From Octopus bimaculoides (taxonomy: Eukaryota), in contig NC_068987.1 in the NCBI RefSeq assembly GCF_001194135.2, forward strand, positions 60,693,271 through 60,757,270: 64,000 nucleotides of DNA, written 5' to 3'. The notes beneath the pieces were generated by a model. The model saw nothing but the letters and a program-made list of their open reading frames with translations, was not told the DNA's origin and did not search any database. The translations under genes and the position numbers were made by a program. How positions within the stretch are numbered: position 1 is the first letter of the stretch; each line of letters starts with the position of its first letter. Shown here piece after piece: positions 36,591-49,174 of this stretch.

Positions 36591-37536
36591 TTCACATATT
36601 TGTTATGCACAATGTTCTTCCTCTTTCATACTTTAACATCTCGACATTATCTATTGAGTCTGCCAAAATGAAGACAAATGGAGGCAGTAAGTCGTTGCCA
36701 AAAATTAATTGGATATATCGTCACTGCTGCCATCATAAACCAACTAATTAATAGTTGTAACGATTTTTTTTTATTGCATGCAATGTATGTGCGTGTTCTA
36801 GAGAACATCAGTACAAATTTTACACTGCTTCATTGTGGTGGTGGTCATAACTTATTTCATTTGGTTAGAGTATGTGCCAAAATGTACAAATGTTATGATC
36901 AATATTATTATTATGTTTTCAATAGTTTCATTCAAGTTCACTACTAGGTGCATCATTGTGTTCCTTCGCTGTATGTAACATTGTGTATTTTGCTGGTGTA
37001 GGATTGTGTATATATACTGTATGTATTTTGCTTTGTTTTGAGATTTATTTTTTTTCTGTTAGAATTGTTAGCATGCCAGGTAAAATGCTTAGCAGCATTT
37101 CATCCATCTTTATGTTCTGAGATGAAATTCTTCCAAGGTTGACTTTCACTTTCATCCTTTTGAGATCAATAAAATCAGTACCAGTTGGACACTAGGATTG
37201 ATACATTTTACTTACCCTGCCCCTGAAATTGCAGGCCTTGTGCCAAAATTTGAAACCAGTATCAGTGTTTTTTTCTATTTATTATGGAGAATATATTTTA
37301 TGAGAGAAGCAATAATTTGTCAGGTGGTTATTGTGCTTTATATCTGTTGTATGAGTTGTGCTTATTGAATTGAAAGTATTGTGCATAAGATGTAGGTTTT
37401 TCCAAGAAGGCCTATGTATTTCACTGTGTAGAATTATATGTAATTGTATACCTATTGTTTTTGTTTTTTTTAACATTTCTTGTTTTTAAGGTTGTACCCC
37501 AGCATGGCTGCAGTCCAATGACTGAAACAAATATTC

Positions 37537-38250
37537 CGTTTATTATTGGTACAGTTTTGACTTTTATATTCCACATCTTGTTTATTTCCATTTTGATGAT
37601 TCTTGTACTTTGATAGGTTTTGTTGAGAAGAAATCAATTTAGTTGCTCAGAAAAGATTGATTTTGTTCAGAGATTTTTGTCCAGACGTAATAATTGTCTC
37701 TAGGAAAGTTGCTTCGATTACTTTGTCAGTTTAGATAGTTGTATACCAGATTGTTGTAACCAGATTATCGTTATATATTGTGTGTGGTACATATTTATAT
37801 CACTTCTCCATTTTCACATCAAAGTGTCGGCTTATTGCACAATTGATGTATAGCTGATATATGTGGTTATATTCTGACTTTGCAAAGCAGCTTGAAAATG
37901 ATGTGATTAATTGATTCATTATATTGATTGCACTTCTGCACTCCACTTAAGCCTCTTGATTCATTAGTTGTTCTTTGTAGTTGTTTGTGGTTAAGCCCTG
38001 CTCTTGTGCAAATCAAATCCTTTTGATTTTTAGCTCGAAGTGTTAATTTTTACTTTGACTTTCACTCCATTGAATTTTACATGATATTGGCCATGGAGTC
38101 GTTTTTCTTTCATTTTTTTTTTTTTTTCTATATTTTGGAATTCCAGTTTGAGTATGTCTTTTGCTTTTTGCTTAACTTCTATTTTGCCTTCATCTAAACG
38201 TAGTTTCAGTGTAGTTAGCTTATGATTTGTATTAAGAAAAGTTATTTATT
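37537..38250 (-). mobile_element. R4/Dong-clade non-LTR retrotransposon relic (Zn-knuckle + RLE)
   Basis: Frameshifted manual translation: KRLHGQYH...AQEQGLTTNNYKEQL...ECR.CNQYNESINHII..C..AKSEY...TDKVIEA...LSKYK..KMEINKMWNIKVKTVPII. Confidence 0.75.
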
Positions 38251-39216
38251 TATATTTCTTTTCAGGTTTCTATATTATCCTAATCAATTTTCCTTTGCTT
38301 GCTTGTATTTTGTTGTTTTCTATTTGTTTCAAGCCTCAGATAGGTATTACTAATAATTAACGTAAGGCAGAAAGCTGACAGGACTGTAAGCATGCTAAAT
38401 GAAATACTTAGCAATATTTCTTACAACTTTACATACTGAGTTCAAATTCCACCAAGGTCAACTTCACTTCTCATCATTTGAGGATAATTTTGCCTTTCAT
38501 CTCTTCAAGGTCAATAAAATAAATGCCAGATGAGCACTGGAGGTTGATGTAATTAACTAGTTCTCTCTCCACAAATTTTCTGACCTTGTGCTTATAGTTG
38601 AAAGAATTATTAATTATTAACATTGCTTTCCACATTCTTGATATTAACATCATTCAATTCCTACCTGACCAAACCATTAATTGCTGACCAAGCCATTAAT
38701 TGTACGATAATAGTTTCTTTGTCAATTAATTGCTGAAATATAAAGATACAACAATTTAGAAGTGTCAACTGATTCAATAATCAACTGATTTAAAATACAT
38801 TAAGAGCATTATCTGAAAATATAAAAGAATATTGATTTGCTTCAATTTTCATCAATTTCTTTTTGAAATTAAAGGTATTCTTATATTTGGAAATTTTACC
38901 ATCAGGTTCATTAATGTATAGTTTAAGAAATTGTTTTGTAACATTGACCTCAGTAGATGACTTTACCATTTTTTTTTTTAATCTTTTATTTGTTTTAGCC
39001 ATTGGTCTGTGTCTATACTTGGACACCACCTTGAAGGATTTAGTTGAAAAAAATTAATTCTAGCACTTTTTAAATATGATACTTATTCTGTTCATCCTTA
39101 TTATAGGGATATAAACAAACCAATGCCACTTGTCAAGTAATGGGGAGGGGACAAACACAAAGACAAGCATATGTGCTACATATGCGCATGTATATATATA
39201 TATATATATATATACA

Positions 39217-39269
<53 letters not shown>

Positions 39270-39444
39270 AGAGAAGTTGCAATTATGACCATCGAGTCTT
39301 TTATTCTGACATAGCGTATCTTATGCTCCATTGTCCAATATATCCCTCCTTGTCATTATAGTTTAATTTAGGTCGGGCTTGATTCAGCAGGTCTATGACC
39401 AAAGAAGTCCCTAATAATGATCATTTCTACTATAGGTACAAGGC

Positions 39445-39633
39445 CTGAAATTTTAGGGGAGAGGGATAGTCGATTATATTGGCTCCAGTATTTCACTGGT
39501 ACTTAATTTATCAACCCCGAAATGATGAAACGTAAAGTTGACCTCGATAGAACTTGAACTCAGAATGTGAAGACGGATGAAACACCTAAGCATTTTGCCC
39601 AGTATGCTAACGATTCTGCCAGCTCGCCACCTT
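39445..39633 (-). mobile_element. SINE family B
   Basis: Reverse complement of aaggtggcgagctggcagaatcgttagc... Confidence 0.85.
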
Positions 39634-39808
39634 AGAAATAATAATAATCTCAACTTTTATTTGGACACTGTATATCTTGAACTACATTATCTAATTTGTC
39701 CTTTCTTGTTTGCCATCAGTTTATGTAAAGCTCTGACATCAGTTTTGTTAATTCTAAGGAATTCTAATAATGACCATCACAAGTTCAATTCAAACACAGT
39801 GTATCTAG

Positions 39809-40179
39809 GTTGTTGTTGGCACTCTGTCGCTTACGACGTCGAGGGTTCCAGTTGATCCGATCAACGGAACAGCCTGTTCGTGAAATTAACGTGCAAGTGG
39901 CTGAGCACTCCACAGACATGTGTACCCTTAACGTAGTTCTCGGAGATATTCAGCGTGACACAGTGTGACAAGGCTAACCCTTTGAATTACAGGCACAACA
40001 GAAACAGGAAGTAAGAGTGAGAGAAAGTTGTGGTAAAAGAGTACAACAGGGTTCGCCACCATCCCCTGTCGGAGCTTCGTGGAGCTTTAGGTGTTTTTGC
40101 TCAATAAACACTCACAACGCCCGGTCTGGGAATCGAAACCGCGATCCCACTGCCCTAACCACTGGGCCATTGTGCCTCC
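39809..40179 (-). mobile_element. SINE family D (young)
   Basis: Highly similar to 30909-31275; (CAA)n-like tail. Confidence 0.9.
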
Positions 40180-40451
40180 TGTGTATCAAGGACTATATTA
40201 TGAATGTCCTTCCTTGTTATTGTTATTTAGCCTGTATCAATCTTGTTCCAGCTAATCTTATGATCAACGGTTTTCCAGCTATGACAATCCTATCTTTTGT
40301 TCAAGCATAACATATCTAGGACTGCAGTTTCCTGTCTGTTTTTCCTCTTTTTTATATTTTATTAATATGGTTGTGTATAATTTGATGGAAATATGCTTAT
40401 TAATTGTAGCAGATTAAATAGTTATGTTGAGGCTCTTCCATTGGCTGTGGT

Positions 40452-40732
40452 AGTAAGTTTGATTCCTAGTCTGGGCTGTGTGTTGTGCTCTTGAGCAAGA
40501 CACTTTATTTCACATTGCTCCAGTTCACTCCATTGTAGAAATGAGTTGCAATGTCACTGATGCCAATCTGTATCGACCTTTGCCTTTCCCTTGGATAACA
40601 TCGGTGGCATGGAGAGGGGAGGCTGGTATGCATGGGTGACTGCTAGTCTTCCATAAAAAACAACCCTGCCCAAACTTGTGCATTGGAGGGGAACTTCTCG
40701 TGGTCATTCATGACCAAAGGGGATCTTTACTA
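40452..40732 (+). mobile_element. CORE-type SINE family F
   Basis: ttgtgctcttgagcaagacactttatttcacattgctccag CORE-like segment plus cctttgcctttcccttgga tail; copies at 53678 and 55583(-). Confidence 0.8.
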
Positions 40733-41159
40733 TTTTACCCTTTACTTGCTAAGGGAATATGGATGTAAATCAAATGACCCTCACAGCTGGGTTATCCAGT
40801 ACTCATTCAACTTGAACAATGCATTACACTGTCAAATTCCTCTACCATCCTAAATAATTATGTAATTCTAATGACACCAAAGTTAATATACAGTAGTTCT
40901 CTCAATTTATGTGCCCCTTCATCATGTATTTCTAATTAATGATTAAATGATGTCCATGAGTGTAATGAAGACTTTAGTGTTTTTGTCTCCTTTACTTAAA
41001 ACATTGATGAATGCATATAAATGTCAGTTAAAACAGATAAGTAGGTTTCTTTTGTATTCATGGGAAGTAAGTGTAAAACAATTAGATTGTGTATGAGAGA
41101 TGATAGCCATTTGAAATACACACAACATGATTGTATGATAAAATACTGAATATACTGGT

Positions 41160-41400
41160 CTGTATGTGTGTCTGTCTATCTATATCTATCTATCTATATC
41201 TATTTATCTGTCTATCTATCTCTATCTATATCTATTTATCTAACTATCTTTATCTATATCTTTTTATTTATCTATATTTATCTGTCTATCTATCTCTCTA
41301 TATATTTATCTATCTGTTTGTCTATCTATTTGCTTATCTATCTATTTACCTATCCCTCTACCTACCTGTCTGTCTGCCTGTCTATCTGTCTATCCATCGG
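41160..41400. repeat. Degenerate (ATCT/GTCT)n microsatellite
   Basis: Seen directly in the sequence. Confidence 0.95.
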
Positions 41401-41877
41401 TGCTCCTTTGGCATATGATCTATTAGGGAGATTAATTTAGGTTACTTTTTAGTTTACTTCTCAATTTCTAAAAACACATAAAGTGTTGGCTAAAGACTTT
41501 TACAATGTGATTAATGATTAGACATAGGCAGTTGCATTTGTACAAAAAGCCAACATTAAATTCACATCAAAAATGAAAGGTGTCATTTTGGCATGTGATC
41601 TACAATTTAAAGGGGGATTACTTTAGGTTACTTTTTAGTTTACATTGTGTTAGTGATACTTTCCATGTGATCGGCGTGAGCAAATTTACTTTGGTGGGTG
41701 ATCTACGTGTTTATTTTAATTATTATATGGTTTTCTTATTGAAATAGAAAAAAATTTGAAAAAATACATTTACAATGTTAAATATGTACAAAATGATTTA
41801 AAAAGTAACCTAAAATAGATCACACACCAAAGTAGCACCCATCCATCCATCCCTCCATCATATTATATTATACAAGG

Positions 41878-42250
41878 TACAAGCATGGTTGTGTGGTTAA
41901 GAAACTTGCTTTGTACCCACATGGTTTTGGGTTCAGTTTCTCTGTGCTGTGCATTAGGCAAATGTCTTCTACTATAGCTCTAGTCTGACCGATGTCTTAT
42001 GAGTGAATTTGGTAGATGGAAACTATGTGAAAGTCAATTTGTTTGTGTCTTTGTGGCAACTAGTGTTGATTCGTTTACATCCCTGTAACTTAGTAGCTTA
42101 TGAAAAGGGAGAGACTTGCAGAATAAGTACCAGACTTTAAAACAAAAAAAAAAAAAATAGGTGCAGCTTTGATTTGTTTGACTAAAATCCTTCAGCACAT
42201 TTCTCCAGCATGGCCGCAGTCCAATGACTGAAATAAGTAAAGGATAAAAG
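41878..42250 (+). mobile_element. Full-length SINE family A
   Basis: Head, core and tail 1. Confidence 0.85.
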
Positions 42251-43789
42251 AAATATGTGTGTGTTTTAAACGAGTAGGCAATCATGACTTTTCTGCAGTG
42301 TCTGTATTTTTTTATATTAAAACACAGTCTGAGATCAAGTTGCCAACAATTAGAACTTGGAAATAAAATATATAGATAGTAAGTAAAATAAAATATATAA
42401 TGGAATATAGTGTAGATAAATGTATTGAGAAAAAATGCAAACTAGAATATGTTACGTTGAACAAAATGAGAAATAAAGAGCATGTTTGAAAAGAACACAG
42501 CTCAAATATTATTTTCATTATTGAACTAAACTTGATACTTGGCGCCAGATGATAATCTGGTACTTTTCTTCATGACTAATGACATTGCTGGTTTCTTGAT
42601 TATTTTAGTAGTGTGATGTAAATCCTCCCATATCTGTTACTATTGGAGGATGATACTGTTACTTAGAAATGATACGTACCAATGTTTTTTCATTATAAGC
42701 ATTCTCTGAAATCTCTGTTTTCATATCAAAGAAAAGAAGTATGTAACTAACTAATATTACTCATCATTGTCATCATCTTCAATTTTACATTGACTTTCCC
42801 ATGTTGCATGGAATTTGTTGAAGCAAATTTTTCTACAGTTGGTTGCCTTTCTGCTATCAACCTTTGCCTGTTTCCAAGCAAAGTATTCATACACACACAC
42901 ACATGTGCATATATATATGTGCATGCATGCATGCATGATGGGCTTCTTTTTAGTTTCAATCTACAAAATCCTCTTTCAAGACTTAGGTTGGGCTGGGGCC
43001 CTGGGTTATAGTTGAAAACACTTGCCCAAGGTGTCATGCAGTGGGATTGAGCCTGAAACCAAGAAGTATTTAATTAAAATTATTCATCATCACCTTCACC
43101 ATGTTGATGTTGAAAGTGATTCAGGTGTCTAACATTCATGCTAAAATTTGTTGACCAAGTCTGCATTGCGGAACGTGTGCGTATATCTTGATCCTGCATT
43201 ATTACACCTACAAAGATCAATATTCTCAGGCTTGTTCCAACCACTTTCAATGCCTTCTAGTTTAATTTATATCACATCATACATATCTACCATGACTGGT
43301 CACTTCAAAAATCAATGCTCTCAGAGATTCATTATGTCCACTTTGCTCATGTCTACTGCAGCCATTACCTGTCACTTCAATCTTACTAGAAAGACAACAC
43401 GCTCTGATACCTACATAACTAGACACTTCATGGCAGAATGTTCAATATGGTCTCAGAACATTCTGAAGTCTCTCATATCTGGATTGCATGAAATTTTGAA
43501 CTGTTTCAAAATGTTTGATCATTTCTCTCTCTATCCATAAAGACCTGACCAGGGATGTCTAACACCAATATGAACAGTCAAGCCAGTGAAGAAGCCTCTA
43601 CCTGGTCACTTAATCTGATGGAAATAGCAGACAAATTGTACTCAAACTATGTACTGCCAAGGACAGAAACAAAAAAAAGCATATTTGGTAATGAAGTCCT
43701 AGATATATACAGCATATCTGAATGTCCAACAAAATGGTCACAGGTGAAATGTCTTTGATCAAAGCTGATTTGCTGATAAATAATAACAA

Positions 43790-43975
43790 GTAGAGTGTGT
43801 CTTAACAGAAAAATTGTGTATAAGAGGCATCAGATATCATATACAAGAGGGAAGACTGTGCTGGTATGGTTATGTGCATATGGGCGAGGACAGCCACATA
43901 AAGAAGTGCTGATCTCTGACTGTGGAGAGAACCTGTGGAAGTAGTAGATCCATGAAGATATGGGATGAAGTGATG
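43790..43975 (+). mobile_element. RTE LINE C-terminal fragment
   Basis: EKLCIRGIRYHIQEGRLCWYGYV..GEDSHIKKC*SLTVERTCGSSRSMKIWDEV; same family as the 49.7-50.7 kb element. Confidence 0.75.
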
Positions 43976-44504
43976 TTTTATTAATCATAGGAGGACGTAA
44001 ACTAAAATCAACCACAGAACACAAAGAAACATAAGCAAACACCACAAGACTTCTGGTTTAATACTCTACCATTTCCGCCTCTCTGCTATCAACTTTTAAA
44101 TCATGTCATTCTTCCTCTCAGTATGATTCGTTGTAGCAAGACATTTGAAATTCTATGACACTAAGAATGATTTTGTCAATTTTCCGTGAATCAAGAAGTC
44201 ATTATTAAATATTCAAGAAAACAAACAAATGTACTCATGAATTAGGAAGTTAATTAATTACATGAGCTTTTTTTTTTTTTTTTTTTTTTGTGAAGAATTA
44301 AAACAAAGAGTATTTCTAAAAGCCGAAATAATCTCATTCAAAATTAAATTGTATACAAATATTAAATGTTAATAGTTTTAATAAAATTTCTGTTTATATT
44401 AATTGTTTTTTTTTTTTTTCAAGTAACAATTAGATTTAAGTACTAAATAGCAATAATGTATTGTAAAAACAAAAATTGATTTTAGATGATGTGCGCCATG
44501 TGAA

Positions 44505-44920
44505 GCACAGGCGTGGCTGTTTGCTTCCCATCTTCATGGTTTCAGGTTCAATTCCACTGCATGGCAACTTGAGCAAGTGTCTTCTTTAGCCCCAGATCGA
44601 CCAAAGCCTTCTGAGTAGATTTGGTGGACATAAACTGAAAGAAGTCTTTAGAGAGAGAGTGAGAGAAAGTGTGTGTGTGTGTGTGTGTGCATGTATTGTA
44701 TATGTATGTGTGTCTTTGTGTCCATCTCCCTCCAACATTTGACAACCAGTGTTGGTTTGTTTATGTTCCTGTAACTTAGCAGTTTGTCAAAAAGTGATCA
44801 AATGGCGTTAGAACCAGGCTTAAAAAACAGTACTGGTGTTGATTCATTCAACTAAATCCTTCTAAGTGGTGCCCCAGCATGGCTGCAGTCCAACAAGTGA
44901 AACTAGTAAAAGATAAAAAG
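44505..44920 (+). mobile_element. Full-length SINE family A
   Basis: Head, core, (GA)/(GT)n hinge and tail 1. Confidence 0.85.
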
Positions 44921-46389
44921 GTACTAGAACAGAGCTAGGTGGTTTATGGTGAGTTCTTAGCCCATTATCACGTGGTCACAAGACCGACCAGGCTATCAAA
45001 AGTTGTTACACATTGCTAGTCACAATGCGTTTTGCATTGTTTTAGTCTTCAAATGATGTCACCCTGCTGGCTAGGCAAGTAGGTCAACATTCTCTCCTCC
45101 CCCTCGGTTGAAAGGATAACTGGAACAATGTGAAATGGAGTGTTTTGTTCAAGACCACAATGCGCCACCAAATCAAGGAATCAGACCCACAATCTAGCAA
45201 CAGCCTAACCAATAGGACACGTGCCTTTGCTAGTCCATTCTGTCACTCCAAATTCTTTAACACTATTTTGCTACAGTTTAAGTCTTCCATATTGAAGATC
45301 TTTTTGTTTTTCTCTTTAAAATGAAATAAATATATTACAAAAATTTAGATTTCGTGGTTTATGCCAGAATCAATTCTTTGATTGAATTTCTATCTCATTA
45401 GAATGTTATGTCCTTAATTGAGGTTAAATTCTGAATGCAGTTTAGATTAATAACTTGCATACCATATTTGGTACAGGCACTGAGTGGCTAAGAAGCTTCC
45501 TTTCCAAACATATGGTTTCAGATTCAATCTCAATGTGCAGCACATTGAATAAATGCTTTTTACTATGCCCACGGCTGACCAAAGCCTTGTAAGTAGATCT
45601 GGTTGACTGAAACTGAAAGAAGCTCTTCATACAAATATACAAACACACATACATACACACACCATTACACATATAAGCATACATGCATACACATACATGT
45701 ACACAGGCATATGGCTGTGTGGTTAAGAAGCCATGTGGTCTGAGGTTCAACTTTACTGCACAGCACTTTGGGCCAGTGTCTTCTGTGTGTGCATGCAACG
45801 CATTTGTCTCTTGACATCACATGATGTTTATAAACAAGTGTTGTCTGTTTCTAGTCTTCCTCGGAAAACTTGTTTGGTCATGGGGAAATATTACCTTTCT
45901 TGGCAACAGTTGACAATTGGCAACAAAGAAGACATCCAACAGAAAACCTGTTGTTAAATTCTGTCTGAGCCATGCAAACATGGAAAAGTGGACGTTAAGA
46001 CGATGAGGAGTGGGTAATGATGATGATGATGATCATCATACTTAGCAAACAGCAGCATCATTGATCACAGGTTTTTCAATTGGCCAATTGATTATTCACT
46101 GACTTTCTAATGGTGTGAGTGACAGTAAACCCATGCTGAACAAATAATGCATAGGGTTTTGAAATTCCTTGTTTTTTATATTCTTTATGATTGTTGTTTG
46201 CATCTTTCACCAATATACATCTTACTTCTGCTATTATGGTAAACTGTTTCTATCTAGGCTTCTTTTATTTGAGGTTGGTAAGATAACTGTCATCTATATA
46301 CGGTGATATAATTGCTTGGTTTTCTTGTTATATAAATGGTATGTGTGTGATATTTGTATTTATATTGATATCTCAAGAATGATTATACC

Positions 46390-46865
46390 TTTATAGTGTC
46401 AGCATTGAGATATCACTTAATAAACTTTACCTACAACTTCTTTAGACAGAGTGCTTATAGTTTGAGATATAATCCTGATATCTTTATTTGATACCTTTAC
46501 AAACAGTACTGATTTCTCATATTTAGCTATACTTTTGATATATCCAGATATCTTAAGCTACAAAACTGATATGTGATAGCTTTACCAATAGTGTTGTTAT
46601 CACTTGATATCTTTGTATGAGGTGCTAATATATTCTGATAAAATTGCTACAATGGTGATATCTTCTGATATCTTTAGATTCAATGCTAATATCTTCTGAC
46701 AGCTTCAAATACTGTATTGATATTCTCTTGATAGTTTTAGATTCAGTACTGATAACACTTGTTCTCTAGAGATAAAGAGTTGATATTCTCCTGACAACTT
46801 TAGGCAGAGGGCTGACATTACTTGATAGCTTTAGATTCATAGATAATATCTCCTGATACATGTAG
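46390..46865. repeat. Degenerate ~31-bp minisatellite
   Basis: Units such as tgatagctttagattcaatgctgatatcttc. Confidence 0.7.
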
Positions 46866-47454
46866 ATACATTCTAGAGGCCATTATAACAACAGAAAAGA
46901 TGGTGGAGGCACAAGACCAGCCAGCTCCAAGGAGCAGAGGCTATTATAATAGCAATATAAAAAGATGAGGGTGCCTGAGTAGTGGAGGTACAAGACAAGC
47001 CAGCTCCAAGAGTTGACATCACACATATGGGCCAGAGGCTGAAATATGTCCATCAATGATGAATTGCCAATCAGTAAGTGGTTCTACTCTGGATGCAATC
47101 CAGGATGTTAGTATGCATAAAAGTGGTACCATTCCAGCTGTAGTAGTGCTCTACTGTGGGTCCCACATAAGCCTTCTAGAGTGTCATCAGCTATTGATGT
47201 CTGAAAATTCTTTATTTTATCAACTCTTTAACACAAAGTCAACCTTGGAGGGATTTGAACATACAAGTCATAACTAAATACCACAAAGCATTTAATCCAC
47301 TGCTCTCATGATTCTACTAATCTGTTACCCTTAAGATTTTAATGCATGCACAAAACTTGAGATCTATGGGAGATCTCTTAATTGATTGGTATTTCATTTT
47401 ATCAAACTCAGAGGAATAAAAGACGAAGACAACTTTGGTAAATTCTTTGCTTAT

Positions 47455-47780
47455 ATTATGAATGTCAAGTAATGACCAAAAGAGTATGCTCAAAAATACA
47501 AGTGGCCAAAATGGGGTTCTTCTGAAGAATCTCTGGAGTAAATTTACTTGACTGGGTGTACAGCTTGGAAATCATGGTGTCTCTTCAGGTCGAGATACTT
47601 CCTATCCACATTGTGAGATCACAGATCTGGTACCACTGGTACTACAGACAAGTAATTACAATATTGCAGGAAAGAACCACAAAGATATATGCTTAAAGCT
47701 GAGCCAACCAACAGGAAACCTAGGGATAGAACAAGATTATATCTAGAAACTCAGTTGGTCACATTTGGGAATCCAACCTG
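47455..47780 (+). mobile_element. RTE LINE C-terminal fragment (another subfamily)
   Basis: ECQVMTKRVCSKIQVAKMGFF*RISGVNLLDWVYSLEI...LPIHI.RSQI. Confidence 0.75.
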
Positions 47781-48014
47781 AAATTATAATGACTATGGCC
47801 TCTTATAGAACCTTATAGAGGTGATTAGCCTGAAGATTTTATTCCCATGACTCTCCCAGGAATACTGGGTGGAGAGGACGGATGGGTGGATGGATGACTG
47901 TATCATATCCCTTGTGGTAATGTCTACTGGCCATTGAGTTTTTAGGTAGATTAAAAAGAAAAATAAAGGTTTATTGTTTGTCTACTGAAATACATATATA
48001 AAATACAAACATAT

Positions 48015-48372
48015 AGGCATAAGCATGGCTGTGTGGAAAGAAGCATGCTTCCCAATCATGGTTCCAGGTTCAGTCCCATTGCATGACACCTTGGGCAAGT
48101 GTCTTCTACTATAGCCTCAGGTCGACCAAAGCTTAGTGAGTGGATTTGGTAGATGGAAATTGAAAGAAGCCTTTCATGCATGTGTTTGTTATCCACCACC
48201 AGTGTCTGTGTGTTTACATCCCTGTAACTTAACTGTTCACCAAAAGATATTGATAGAATAAGTACCAGTCTTAAAAAAAATAAGTACTGAGGTTGATTCA
48301 TTCAACTAAAAATTCTTCAAGGCAGTGCCCCAGCATGGCTGTAGTCTAAGGACTGAAACAAATAAAAGACAA
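48015..48372 (+). mobile_element. Full-length SINE family A
   Basis: Head, core and tail 1. Confidence 0.85.
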
Positions 48373-49174
48373 AAGGTACAAGATTCTAAATAAAATTAGT
48401 TAACAGCCTCCACAAAAACAGTATAGAAGAAAATAAAGTAAAACAAAAATTAAAATCAACTTATTGGATAATTTGTAATATACTTCAATAAAATTTACAA
48501 ATTCTGATTTGCTTTATGCTCTTTTTCTCCATTTTTTTTTTTTTATCCCATACATTGTTAGCTTCTAATTCCTCTTTGTTCAAGTTAAATGTTATAAATG
48601 CATGCACACTGACATAAATGGTTGTTTGCATATATGCAAGTATATGGAGAAATCTATGCAAAATCACACTGCTTTCCATCTGTACAAGTCTACAAGTACA
48701 TTGTAGCATGCAGAAACTCTAGTGGAGACATGTACTCATAAGACACACATATGTTTCTGTCAAATTTAAGTAAGTACTAAAATATCCAAAGAAAGCCTGT
48801 AAAATCTATTTCCGAAATTGGAACGCTCTTCAATTAAAATCCTTTATTTAAGTAGATTATCTATTTCATCTTATGCAAAGCTGCTTGCTACATACATGAG
48901 TGTGTGTGTGTGTGTGTGTGTATAAGCATATTTATATAAATATGCATATATATGTATATATATATATATGTATGTATGCATATATATATCTATATATATA
49001 TATAAGCATGTATTTATATGTATATATCCATGTATATGTATTTATGTATGTGTATATATATATATGTGTGTGTATATGTAAATATGTTGCCTCCTGGTCC
49101 ACCAGTCCTCAGTCAAATCGTCTAACCCATGCTAGCATGGAAAGCGGACGTTAAACGACGATGATGATGTATGT

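Noticed and set aside
41131-41440. Hydrophobic LSIY-repeat ORFs (and similar YI/CV/TH-rich ORFs elsewhere)
   Set aside because: Translations of (ATCT)n, (TA)n and (CA)n microsatellites.
43148-43758. 130-aa and 67-aa ORFs with less biased composition
   Set aside because: No recognisable domain or splice signals; adjacent to an RTE fragment and probably decayed TE sequence.
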